Below, piece after piece: positions 41,253 through 50,304 of a DNA stretch of 64,000 nt. The notes under the pieces are model-generated. The model saw only the letters and a program-made list of their open reading frames with translations. It was not told the DNA's origin and did not search any database. Where the stretch lies: positions 5,568,001-5,632,000 of the forward strand of contig OY762069.1 of assembly GCA_963665095.1 (NCBI GenBank). Direction: 5' to 3'. A program made the translations under genes and the position numbers. Position 1 is the stretch's first letter, and each line of letters begins with the position of its first letter. The stretch is from an uncultured Desulfobacter sp. (GTDB lineage Bacteria; Desulfobacterota; Desulfobacteria; Desulfobacterales; Desulfobacteraceae).

Positions 41253-41283
41253 GATCCGGGATTGCAAAGCTTCTTTTTAATTC

Positions 41284-41351
41284 TAATCCGGGGGATACGC
41301 TGCTTACTATTTTGCCCGCAAATTTAAGTAAGCTGTGTGTCCCCCGGATTA
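41284..41351. terminator. Long imperfect hairpin (terminator or REP-like)
   Basis: taatccggggga...gcttact...agtaagc...tcccccggatta. Confidence 0.55.
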
Positions 41352-41404
41352 AATGAGAACCACAACCGCCTGACAGCCGGCTATGATTTTTTAACACTCT
41401 TTCA

Positions 41405-42370
41405 GTGGCAGCCATGAATGTAAACAAGGATAACGCAGATTTCAAAAGCACTGATGCAGACATGAAGTTGGGACTGCATACCTACAGCCTTTATTTACAT
41501 GGGATTGGCCAGGCCTGGGCAGACTTTGTCCTTCCATGGGAAAGGCAGCTGAGTTCGTTTGAACTATTTGAACTCGGGGTCAGGCTGGGCCTTGAGGGAT
41601 TTCATCTTGATGATGGTGTTTTAGAGACTCTGGATGAATCATATTTAAAAGAAGTGGCGGATGCTGCCAGGTTCCACAATTTGTATCTTGAATATAACAT
41701 GTCAATGGATCTGGGCAATTTCGGCATCGGTATCCAGCATGATGTTATGGAAGCCATTGACACGGCCCATGCTTTAGGTGCCGATGTGGTAAAAATCAGT
41801 ATGGACCTGCCAAGGCCTAAGCCAAGGGCAGGCAGCCGGTTTCATACAGCTGTGATGCCCTACCTCCAGCAGACGGTGGACCGGTTGAGACAGGCTGCCC
41901 CAAAAGCTGAAGCCTGCGGCATAAAGCTTGCCATAGAGAATCATTGTGACAGTTTTTCCCAGGAAATTCTTTGGGTCATCAGCCAGGTGGAGAGCCCTTT
42001 TGTGGGGGCGTGCATTGATACGGTGAATGCCTGGCATGTGTCCGAAGATCCCATGGCAGCCATAGAAAACCTGGCCCCTGTGGCTTTTACCAATCATTTC
42101 AGGGACGACCGTGTTGAATTTCGACGGGATGGGTTCCAGGTGCACGGCGGGGCTGTGGGGGATGGGGACATTGATATGATAAAAGCCTATCAGCTGATCA
42201 AAGATCACTCGCCGTGTCAACGCATCAACATTGAGACGGAATCCGGTTTCAGCCTGGATGATAAAGAGACGGCCCTGCGGCTGGAACTTGAACTGATCCG
42301 GAAAAGTATCGATTACTGCCGCAATGTTTTAAAAATCGGAGAGAAATCTCAAACCTTCCAGCACGCTTAA
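41405..42370 (+). CDS. Sugar phosphate isomerase/epimerase (xylose-isomerase-like TIM barrel); true start may be 41462
   Basis: KLAIENH, GACIDTVN, NHFRD, VGDGDID, INIETE. Confidence 0.85.
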   Translation: MAAMNVNKDNADFKSTDADMKLGLHTYSLYLHGIGQAWADFVLPWERQLSSFELFELGVRLGLEGFHLDDGVLETLDESYLKEVADAARFHNLYLEYNMSMDLGNFGIGIQHDVMEAIDTAHALGADVVKISMDLPRPKPRAGSRFHTAVMPYLQQTVDRLRQAAPKAEACGIKLAIENHCDSFSQEILWVISQVESPFVGACIDTVNAWHVSEDPMAAIENLAPVAFTNHFRDDRVEFRRDGFQVHGGAVGDGDIDMIKAYQLIKDHSPCQRINIETESGFSLDDKETALRLELELIRKSIDYCRNVLKIGEKSQTFQHA

Positions 42371-42564
42371 ATCTGCGTTCCAAAAACCACCATGTTGATT
42401 CAGTTACGAGCAATAATAAATCGGTGATTTTTAGCTGCAAGATTGATATATTAATTTTTGATATTGAAATTTTTTATGGATAATTTGATTTTTTATTAAA
42501 TGCCTTTATGATATCCAATCATTAAATTGTTGATAATTTAAAAAGGAGGCATATATACATTCTG

Positions 42565-43272
42565 ATGGTCATTAAAACCACACCCCAGAAGAGAAACATG
42601 ACCGGGAAAAAGGGAAACGCCGTTAAAGATGACATCTATCAAACGGTTCGAAATGATATTATCACCGGCAGAAAAAAGCCGGGGGAACGGTTGTCCATTG
42701 ATCAGCTCAAAGAGGAGTTCGGTACCAGTGTCACGCCTGTGAGAGACGCCCTCCAGATGCTCAGTCAGGAAGAGTTTATCACCATCAAGCCAAGATCTGG
42801 ATATTATGTCACGGTGGTCACCCTGAAGCAGCTGACGGATATGCTTGACTTCAGGCAGGTGCTGGAACTTGCAGCCCTTGAGCGGGCGGTTGAGCGCATC
42901 ACAGATGAAGAGATAGCAGCCTTGGAACATGTGCATGCCGGGTTTACCGATGACAAAGATGAGACCTATTCGCGGTATACCGAAGAAAACAAGCGGTTTC
43001 ACTGCCTGATTGCCCAGGCCTCCGGGAATCAGGAACTGGCCCACCAGGTGGATCGGATCCACGACCGGCTGGCCCGGTATATGCTGGTTGTGCGGCCGGC
43101 AAAATATATGGATGAGATGCATGGCCAGCTGATTGAGAAACTTAAGGCCCGGGATTCAAACGGGGCAAAAAAGTCCCTGCTCAAAGAGCTCATTAATGGC
43201 AGAAATGTGATTATGGAGCGTATTATGCAGGAGGAGGCCGACACCTGGCACCTTGGCACCGGCGGGAAATAG
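42565..43272 (+). CDS. GntR-family (FCD) regulator
   Basis: PGERLSIDQLKEEFGTSVTPVRDAL; FH..IAQASGN. Confidence 0.92.
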   Translation: MVIKTTPQKRNMTGKKGNAVKDDIYQTVRNDIITGRKKPGERLSIDQLKEEFGTSVTPVRDALQMLSQEEFITIKPRSGYYVTVVTLKQLTDMLDFRQVLELAALERAVERITDEEIAALEHVHAGFTDDKDETYSRYTEENKRFHCLIAQASGNQELAHQVDRIHDRLARYMLVVRPAKYMDEMHGQLIEKLKARDSNGAKKSLLKELINGRNVIMERIMQEEADTWHLGTGGK

Positions 43273-43343
43273 TCCGTCCCTTATAACCTGGCATACAGAA
43301 CATATTTTTCAGTCAGATAACAGCAATTTAAGGAGTTCTTATA

Positions 43344-44120
43344 ATGACTGCTTCAGGGTTTTCCATGAATTACTTCTCCCTGGAAGGCAAAACCGCCGTC
43401 GTTACCGGTGGCAACACCGGTCTTGGGCTGGCCTTTGCCACGGCACTGGCCACAGCCGGGGCCAACCTTTTCATCCCCAGCGTGATTGAAGATGTAACAA
43501 ATGCAAGGCAAGTGCTCGACCCCAAGGGAGTCAAAGTTGAATTCCAGCATATTGATATTGCTCAAAAAGGGGCGCCCAGATCCGTGGTTGAATCGTGTAT
43601 GGAGAAGCTGGGCCGCCTGGATATCCTGGTGAACAATGCCGGGATCTGCCGGTTGAATTCGGTGGAAGCGTTTGGCCGGGAGGACTGGGACCCCATGATT
43701 GATATCAACCTGACCGCCGCCTTTGAGATGAGCAAGGAGGCCGCCCATATCATGATCGCCCAGAAGAGCGGTAAGATTATTAATATCTGTTCGCTATTCT
43801 CTTTTCTAGGCGGGCAGATGTCACCGGCCTATGCAGCCACCAAACACGCCCTTGCCGGACTGACCAAGGCATATTGCGATGAACTGGGCCAGTACAACAT
43901 CCAGGTTAATGGGATTGCGCCTGGCTATTACGCCACGGACATAACGCGTGCCACCCGGAGCAACCCGGTGACCAATCAGCGGGTGCTGGATCACATCCCG
44001 GCAAACCGCTGGGGTGACCCGGAGGACCTGAAGGGAACCGTGGTTTTTCTGGCCAGCAGGGCCTCGGATTATGTAAACGGACACCTTTTGGTGGTGGATG
44101 GCGGGTATCTGGTCCGCTGA
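43344..44120 (+). CDS. ygcW: SDR oxidoreductase, close to E. coli YgcW
   Basis: TGGNTGLG, NNAG and YAATKH motifs. Long stretches such as TKAYCDELGQYNIQVNGIAPGYYATDIT and NGHLLVVDGGYLVR are recognisable as YgcW. Confidence 0.85.
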   Translation: MTASGFSMNYFSLEGKTAVVTGGNTGLGLAFATALATAGANLFIPSVIEDVTNARQVLDPKGVKVEFQHIDIAQKGAPRSVVESCMEKLGRLDILVNNAGICRLNSVEAFGREDWDPMIDINLTAAFEMSKEAAHIMIAQKSGKIINICSLFSFLGGQMSPAYAATKHALAGLTKAYCDELGQYNIQVNGIAPGYYATDITRATRSNPVTNQRVLDHIPANRWGDPEDLKGTVVFLASRASDYVNGHLLVVDGGYLVR

Positions 44121-44238
44121 CCGGAAGGTGCTTGAAACGCCTCACCCCACACAACCCTTTAATAAACTAAGCCAATAGGCACCAAACGGTTACAGGCAAT
44201 AAAACAGATCAAAAATTTATAAAAAAAGGATATATCCC

Positions 44239-45693
44239 ATGGCACTGACACGAGAAGCCATTGTTGAAAATCTGGTCAGAATCGCCGGACAGGAAAGGGT
44301 GATCACCGATGAGCAGGTGTTAAAGGAAAACAGCTGCGACCGTTATAAAAAACTGCAGACGATTTTCGGGATTTACACCTGCCCCATCCCGGCGGCGGTT
44401 GTTCGGCCCAAAGACACAGAAATGGTATCTAAAATTCTGGCCTTTTTGAATGAACACCAGATCAACTGCGTGCCGAAAACCGGCGGGTCAGCCACCGAAG
44501 GGGGCCTTGAAACCATCGTGGAAAACTCCGTGGTAATGGATGGATCGGGCATGGACGAAATTGTCAGCATTGACCCGGTGAGTATGCAGGCAACCGTGCA
44601 GTGCGGTGTCAGGCTCGAAGCCCTTGAAGATAAACTTCGAGAGAAGGGCTTTACCACAGGCCATTCGCCTCAGTCCAAGCCGCTGGCCATGCTCGGGGGC
44701 CTTGTCTCCACCCGCAGTATCGGCCAGTTCTCAACCCTTTACGGCGCCATTGAAGACATGGTGATTGGCCTTGAGGCAGTCTTTCCCAACGGCCATATTG
44801 CCCATATCAAAAATGTCCCCAGGCGCGCCTGCGGTCCTGATATCAGACATATCATTATCGGCAACGAAGGGGCGTTGTGCTACATCACACAAGTCACCGT
44901 AAAAATTTACCGCTACTACCCTGAAAACAACCGCTATTACGGGTATGCCGTTAAAGAGATGGCAACCGGATTTGAGGTGCTGCGGGATGTGATTACGGCC
45001 GGGTACCGCCCCTCCATAGCCAGACTCTATGATGCCGGTGACGGGGTCCAGCACGGATTTGACCAGGTGGCCCCGGATAAATGCCTGTTGATTTTCATGG
45101 CTGAAGGCCCTGCTCCCCTGGCTATGGCCACAGGCCAGGGCATCGAAGAGATTGTAAAAAATTATCCGGAATGTGAGGCGGTGGACCCCAAATTCATTGA
45201 GAACTGGTTCAACCACCTGAACTGGGGACCTGAAAAGGTTCAGCAGGAACGCGACTATATCAAAAAGACCCTGAATATGGGATTCACCACGGAGATCTCC
45301 GGCAACTGGGCCGACATCAATGCCATTTATGAAAATGTCATGGCCGCCGTCACCGACCGGTTCCCCCATATGGATGATTTAACCATGCTGGGCTGCCACT
45401 CCTCCCACTCCTACCAGACCGGCACCAACCTCTATTTTGTCTACGACTACAATGTCAAGGATTGCGACCCGGTGGATGAGATCGATAAATACCATATCCC
45501 CATTAATGGCCTGATTGTTGAAGAGACCTTAAAGGCCGGCGGCTCAATGGTCCACCACCACGGTATCGGAAAGTACCGCACCCCCTGGACCCGGCAGGAG
45601 CACGGCTCTGCCTATTATATGCTTGAGTCCTTGAAAAAAGTCTTTGACCCCAAGGGCATCATGAACAAAGGATGCATATTCCCGGTGGAATAA
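44239..45693 (+). CDS. ygcU: FAD-binding oxidoreductase (alkyl-DHAP-synthase-like), close to E. coli YgcU
   Basis: TTGHSPQSKPLA, RSIGQFSTLYGAIEDMV, GNEGALCYIT, HSSHSY, HHHGIGK. Confidence 0.87.
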   Translation: MALTREAIVENLVRIAGQERVITDEQVLKENSCDRYKKLQTIFGIYTCPIPAAVVRPKDTEMVSKILAFLNEHQINCVPKTGGSATEGGLETIVENSVVMDGSGMDEIVSIDPVSMQATVQCGVRLEALEDKLREKGFTTGHSPQSKPLAMLGGLVSTRSIGQFSTLYGAIEDMVIGLEAVFPNGHIAHIKNVPRRACGPDIRHIIIGNEGALCYITQVTVKIYRYYPENNRYYGYAVKEMATGFEVLRDVITAGYRPSIARLYDAGDGVQHGFDQVAPDKCLLIFMAEGPAPLAMATGQGIEEIVKNYPECEAVDPKFIENWFNHLNWGPEKVQQERDYIKKTLNMGFTTEISGNWADINAIYENVMAAVTDRFPHMDDLTMLGCHSSHSYQTGTNLYFVYDYNVKDCDPVDEIDKYHIPINGLIVEETLKAGGSMVHHHGIGKYRTPWTRQEHGSAYYMLESLKKVFDPKGIMNKGCIFPVE

Positions 45694-46520
45694 TGGATGC
45701 CCTGGTCTGCTTTAAAATCATGCCTGAACTCGATGCTGTTTTCAGCGGCAATGAGCCGGTAATTGAAAACAACCAGATTCAGGCGTCCCATGTCAGACAG
45801 ATCTTTAACTGCTTTGACGAAAGTGCTCTGGAGCTTGGGCTTGGCCTGGCAGATCAATATAAAGAAACAAAAGCCAGCTTATCTTTAACAGCGTTGACCA
45901 TTGATGACACCAGGGCAGATCTGTTTTTAAGGCAGCTGCTGGCAGTGCAATATGACACGGCGGCCAGAATTGAGCTTCCGGACACCACGACCTCCCGGGC
46001 CGGGCCGGCGTATATTTCAACGCTGATCTGCCGCTATATTCAAGAAAACAAAGGGACCCAGATTGTTTTTACCGGCACCCAGTCCGGTGAATATGGCGAC
46101 GGACAGACCGGCTTTCTGGTTGCGGAACGCCTTGGCTGGCCCTGCATCAGCCAGGTCAGTGAGGTTCAACCAGGGCCCGGGCCGGATTCCATTATTGTTA
46201 CCACGGATATGCAGGGGATAAGTGTTACCTGCACAGTCATGCTGCCTGTGGTGCTGGTTGTGGGCAATGCCCCCAAAGCACCCTTTTTACGCGTGCCGAC
46301 ACTGTCCCAGAAACTGGCCGCAAAAAAGAGAGCAATTAAAATTCTTAGTGCATCTGAACTGACAGACTCAGGCCATGCCCCTGAAAACAGTGAAACAGGA
46401 TTTAAATTCCTTACGCCTGTCAAAAATGAAAAGCAATGCCGGATGATAGATCAGGGCAGTGACGCTGCCAAGGCCCGGATTTTGTACGACATCATTATAA
46501 ACAAGGGCCAAAGGCCATGA
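45693..46520 (+). CDS. Electron transfer flavoprotein beta subunit (YgcR/FixA-like)
   Basis: LVCFKIMPE, NCFDESALE, GTQS...GQTGFLVAERLGWPCIS. ATG overlaps the upstream TAA. Confidence 0.85.
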   Translation: MDALVCFKIMPELDAVFSGNEPVIENNQIQASHVRQIFNCFDESALELGLGLADQYKETKASLSLTALTIDDTRADLFLRQLLAVQYDTAARIELPDTTTSRAGPAYISTLICRYIQENKGTQIVFTGTQSGEYGDGQTGFLVAERLGWPCISQVSEVQPGPGPDSIIVTTDMQGISVTCTVMLPVVLVVGNAPKAPFLRVPTLSQKLAAKKRAIKILSASELTDSGHAPENSETGFKFLTPVKNEKQCRMIDQGSDAAKARILYDIIINKGQRP

Positions 46521-47512
46521 AAACGGTGTGTGTGATGCATGCCGGCCACCCGGTACTTGAGAGCCAGGCCGCAGATATCAGGGCGTTTTGTGCCCGGGAC
46601 AGCCAGGGGTTTTCCCAGCCTGAAACCTGGTGTTTCTATCATGGTGAAATCCCTGCAACGATTCCCGAAACCCTGCCGGGTGAGCACCCCTTAAAAATGA
46701 TTCCAGTGGCCCAGCCCTATCTGGCAGAATCCTACCTTGACCAGCTTTTGCAGCAGGGCAATGTAAAAGAGGTCAGACAGTTTATCTTTCCGGCCAGTGC
46801 CATGGGAAAACAGCTGGCAACCCGGCTGGCATACCGGCTTGGCGGCAGTTCCTGCCTGAACGTGAACACAGCTGATTTCCAGACCCGGCCGGTCAGAGTA
46901 TTCCGGTTTGCTGCGGGCAATTACATGAACGCCCTTGTTGAACTGAAAACTGCCCCGTTCTGTATCTCGGCAGCCAGGCAGGCGGGTGGCGACGGGAAGG
47001 CTGTTGCAATGAGCACTGCCCGGGCACGGGTCTGTGAAAATATAGAGCAGCCTTGTTTCGACTGGTTAAAAAGCGTACAAACGTCCGTCCCCTTAAGGAA
47101 AAACAGCCTGGAACAGGCCGATATTGTCCTGGCTGTGGGACAGGGCATCAACGGCAAACAGGCCCTTGATGATCTTAAGCCCCTGGTCAGGCGCATGGGT
47201 GCCCAATCAGGCGTTTCCCGGCCCGTGGCCATGAACGCATGGGCAGACATGGAACGACTGATCGGGGCGTCCGGCATTTTGATTTCACCCAAGGTTTGCA
47301 TTGCAGCCGGGATCTCCGGTTCAGGATTTTTCATGCTCGGCATTGAAAACAGCGGGGTTATCGTGGCGATTAACACCGATCCCGCAGCCCCGATATTCAA
47401 ACAGGCGGATGTCGGGATTGTGGGGGACTTAAAATCAATTTTAAAAAAACTTGATCTGCTCTTAAAAGATAACCCTCTCCATGATCCGGGCATGGACAAG
47501 GGGAACGCTTAA
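46517..47512 (+). CDS. Electron transfer flavoprotein alpha subunit (YgcQ/FixB-like)
   Basis: GVSRPVA, IGASG, AAGISGS, AINTDPAAPIF..ADVGIVGD. Confidence 0.88.
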   Translation: MKTVCVMHAGHPVLESQAADIRAFCARDSQGFSQPETWCFYHGEIPATIPETLPGEHPLKMIPVAQPYLAESYLDQLLQQGNVKEVRQFIFPASAMGKQLATRLAYRLGGSSCLNVNTADFQTRPVRVFRFAAGNYMNALVELKTAPFCISAARQAGGDGKAVAMSTARARVCENIEQPCFDWLKSVQTSVPLRKNSLEQADIVLAVGQGINGKQALDDLKPLVRRMGAQSGVSRPVAMNAWADMERLIGASGILISPKVCIAAGISGSGFFMLGIENSGVIVAINTDPAAPIFKQADVGIVGDLKSILKKLDLLLKDNPLHDPGMDKGNA

Positions 47513-47513
47513 G

Positions 47514-49070
47514 ATGGCGCCCCCCCTGATACAGGATCTGGACGACCGTTTCCAGGCCTATCTTTGTGATGAATCCGGCCTGACCGGCCATGCCGGAAGC
47601 ATTTCATTTCCCGGATCCAAGGATGAGATTAAACGCATTCTTGCCCATGTTCATGAAAAAAATCTGCCGCTCACCCTCCAGGGAAGCCGCACCGGGCTTT
47701 GTGGAGGGGCGGTTCCCCAGGGGGGCCATGTCCTGAATCTGTCAAAGATGAACCGGATTACAGGACTCGCAAAAGAAAACCCCGAAGAATTTTTAATGAC
47801 CGTAGAACCCGGCCTTCAATTAACAGAATTAAACGATCAGCTTGAAAATCAAACTTTTGATACCTCCGGCTGGGATCCCTCTGCTCTGGCGCTTTTGGAT
47901 GAATTTCACCGCTCAGGGCCCTGGTTCTGGCCGGTGAATCCCGGAGAAGTCAGTGCGACAATCGGTGGCATTGCCGCCCAGAACGCCCGGGGAAGCTTTG
48001 TCACCGGGTACGGGGAGCCCCATCAGTTTATCCAAAGGGTCTGCCTGATTGACGGCCGGGGAAAATCCCATGCCATAAGTTCAGGACAGTACCGGGTTGA
48101 AAAAGGTATCCAGGCCTTACCCGATAATCAACGCATTGCCCTGGGCTCATCTGCTGAATATGCCACCCCGCCGAACGGGGCCCCCCGGGATCTGCTGTCC
48201 ATCATCCTGGGCAGTGAAGGTAACTTCGGTGTGATCTCCAAGATAACCCTAAGATTGATCCCTAAACCCGACCAAATCTGGGGCATTGCGTTTTCCTTTG
48301 ACAGGACACAGGATGCATTGTCCGCTGTGGCTGCCTTCAGCCATGGAAAAACCATGGTTAAAGGAGCACGGATTGCAGGGCTGGAGTGGCTTGGCAACCG
48401 CACTCTTGACGCCATCCGCCGTTTCAGGTCACAAAAAAAGGGGCCGGGCCTGTGGCCCCAATTTTCACCAGCCTCCCAATCCATGGTCCTGGTGGAAATC
48501 CATGCGGATAAAGAAGGAACCATGGATGCGGCAGCCCAGGCACTCCTGGAAAAGGCCCAGACCCATCACGTGGATGACGATTATACCTGGGCGTTCTGTA
48601 ACCGCGATGAAATGGCGCGGTTTAAAGCAATTCCCCATGCAGCAGTGGAATCCATGAATGTGAAACCCGGCCCCATGGGAAAGGCACCGTTGTCAACACA
48701 ATTTCTTCTTGAACTTAAATTTGACCCGGGGCAAAGCACCTTAGTAATTGAAAAAATAGAAAGCACCCTCTTAAAAGAAACCATTGAATACCATCTCTGG
48801 GGAATGGTGGGTATTGGTTGTGTTCGGTTGCATGTGGCCACCCAAAATGAGACGCAGTATCAAAAGGTTTGCAGGATCATGGCGGACCTGGAGAAAGATA
48901 ACCTGATATCCGTTACTGCCGGTTATGGCCGGGGACGACAGAATGATTTCGTTCAGACCTGCGACCGGTGGCATGATGCACTTCGCCGGGCCCAGGCACT
49001 GAAACAATTTTTTGACCCTGCAGGTATTTTAAATCCTTTTGAAAGCAAAGAGGTGTTGTCCCATCTATAG
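47514..49070 (+). CDS. FAD-binding oxidoreductase (GlcD/D-lactate dehydrogenase-like) with a divergent C-terminus
   Basis: GSRTGLCGGAVP, ATIGGIAAQNARG, GSEGNFGVI, FDPAGILNP. Confidence 0.8.
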   Translation: MAPPLIQDLDDRFQAYLCDESGLTGHAGSISFPGSKDEIKRILAHVHEKNLPLTLQGSRTGLCGGAVPQGGHVLNLSKMNRITGLAKENPEEFLMTVEPGLQLTELNDQLENQTFDTSGWDPSALALLDEFHRSGPWFWPVNPGEVSATIGGIAAQNARGSFVTGYGEPHQFIQRVCLIDGRGKSHAISSGQYRVEKGIQALPDNQRIALGSSAEYATPPNGAPRDLLSIILGSEGNFGVISKITLRLIPKPDQIWGIAFSFDRTQDALSAVAAFSHGKTMVKGARIAGLEWLGNRTLDAIRRFRSQKKGPGLWPQFSPASQSMVLVEIHADKEGTMDAAAQALLEKAQTHHVDDDYTWAFCNRDEMARFKAIPHAAVESMNVKPGPMGKAPLSTQFLLELKFDPGQSTLVIEKIESTLLKETIEYHLWGMVGIGCVRLHVATQNETQYQKVCRIMADLEKDNLISVTAGYGRGRQNDFVQTCDRWHDALRRAQALKQFFDPAGILNPFESKEVLSHL

Positions 49071-49115
49071 GCTCAATCATTTAAATTTCTTATCCCATAA
49101 TTTGGATGGAGATTC

Positions 49116-49523
49116 CTATTTTGTTTCGATCCAATTTTCGAGTCTCAAGCCATCAACCCTGATAAACTCACGCATGTTATTAGAGACAAGAATCAACGAT
49201 TCACTTCGGGCATGCCCTGCAATATGCAAATCATTTACTCCTATAGGGGTTCCCTTCTTTTCTAAATCCGCTCTGATATTTCCATAGTGGGCCGCTGCAT
49301 TGTCTCCATAGGGCAGGACTTCTAGTCGTGATACAAAGTCTTCCACTCTTCTTAGATTGTGGGACACCATAGTGCTTTTTTCAGCACCATGTAATAATTC
49401 TGCCAAGGTGATTGAGCTAATACACATCCGGCCTGCATTGGCGTTAAAAATGTCCAGTACTTCAAGTGGTCGACGCTTAATCACATAAATAACGATGTTG
49501 GTGTCCAACATATATTTCAGCAT
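49116..49523 (-). CDS. vapC: VapC PIN-domain toxin
   Basis: YMLDTNIVIY, SSITLAEL, GTPIGVNDLHIAGHA, LVSNNMREF. Confidence 0.95.
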   Translation of the reverse strand: MLKYMLDTNIVIYVIKRRPLEVLDIFNANAGRMCISSITLAELLHGAEKSTMVSHNLRRVEDFVSRLEVLPYGDNAAAHYGNIRADLEKKGTPIGVNDLHIAGHARSESLILVSNNMREFIRVDGLRLENWIETK

Positions 49524-49756
49524 CAAAACGATTCCCTTTCTGATTGTTCTTGTGAAGCACGTTCCGTCATAAAATCATCGGAGACGCCATCTTCAGAAAG
49601 AAAAAAGCTATCCCATGTGTTTTCCACAGGCGAAAGCACACGGTCTTTACCGATAACACGCACAACAACTTTTTTCACATTTTCAGGGAATCTGCTGTCA
49701 ACCGGTAATCTCACCGCTTGGGTTCTGTTATTCACAAAGACGGTTCCTACATCCAT
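49523..49756 (-). CDS. vapB: VapB antitoxin (AbrB/SpoVT-type)
   Basis: VFVNNRTQAVRLP, directly upstream of vapC. Confidence 0.93.
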   Translation of the reverse strand: MDVGTVFVNNRTQAVRLPVDSRFPENVKKVVVRVIGKDRVLSPVENTWDSFFLSEDGVSDDFMTERASQEQSERESF

Positions 49757-49780
49757 GACTCAATCTCCTATAATTAGTTC

Positions 49781-49803
49781 GCTATATATGTAAAGTATAT
49801 AGC
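49781..49803. promoter_or_regulatory. vapBC autoregulatory operator palindrome
   Basis: gctatata-tgtaaag-tatatagc, 25 bp upstream of vapB. Confidence 0.65.
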
Positions 49804-50304
49804 AGGAATATGTATTTAGCAATGGTATATAGCACTGATTTTTATGAATATGATTTCTCCTCCCAAGCACTTAAACTTATCTTCCACGTTTTCAGCGTCC
49901 ACAAGAGTAACAGATAGCCTGGGGGGCGTTGTTCGGCCGAAAAACGGGGACTGGCTGATCAACTGGCAGAAGGGTAGTCTTCACCTCAGCACTTTGATTT
50001 GATCTTCAAGATTTACGTTCCAGGTCACCAATAACTGAAGTAGCCAACGCCGCTCCAAAATTGGTCTGGGAGTCCTTAAATACCATGATTGTGGGGTTTG
50101 GATTTACTATATTCATTAAGTATACAGCTGTCATGGAATCCCTTTACACGGTTTGAAAATGTTGGTAATGCTGGTATGAAATTCAGTAGATATAATGGGT
50201 TGCGGTTAGATAGCAGATCAAACAAGATAACCGGACCCATTCATCTGCTTAATATATATTGGCCGTAGATTTAAATTTCGAAGCCCCAAAAATTGTAAGG
50301 CATT

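Noticed and set aside
22518..48841. Numerous 60-260 aa antisense or overlapping ORFs (e.g. 24041..24778, 38006..38800, 44731..45369)
   Set aside because: They are shadow ORFs opposite well-supported genes in GC-richer DNA
49850..50160. Possible decayed gene between vapB and the kinase
   Set aside because: Manual minus-strand translation gave short frames with no recognisable family
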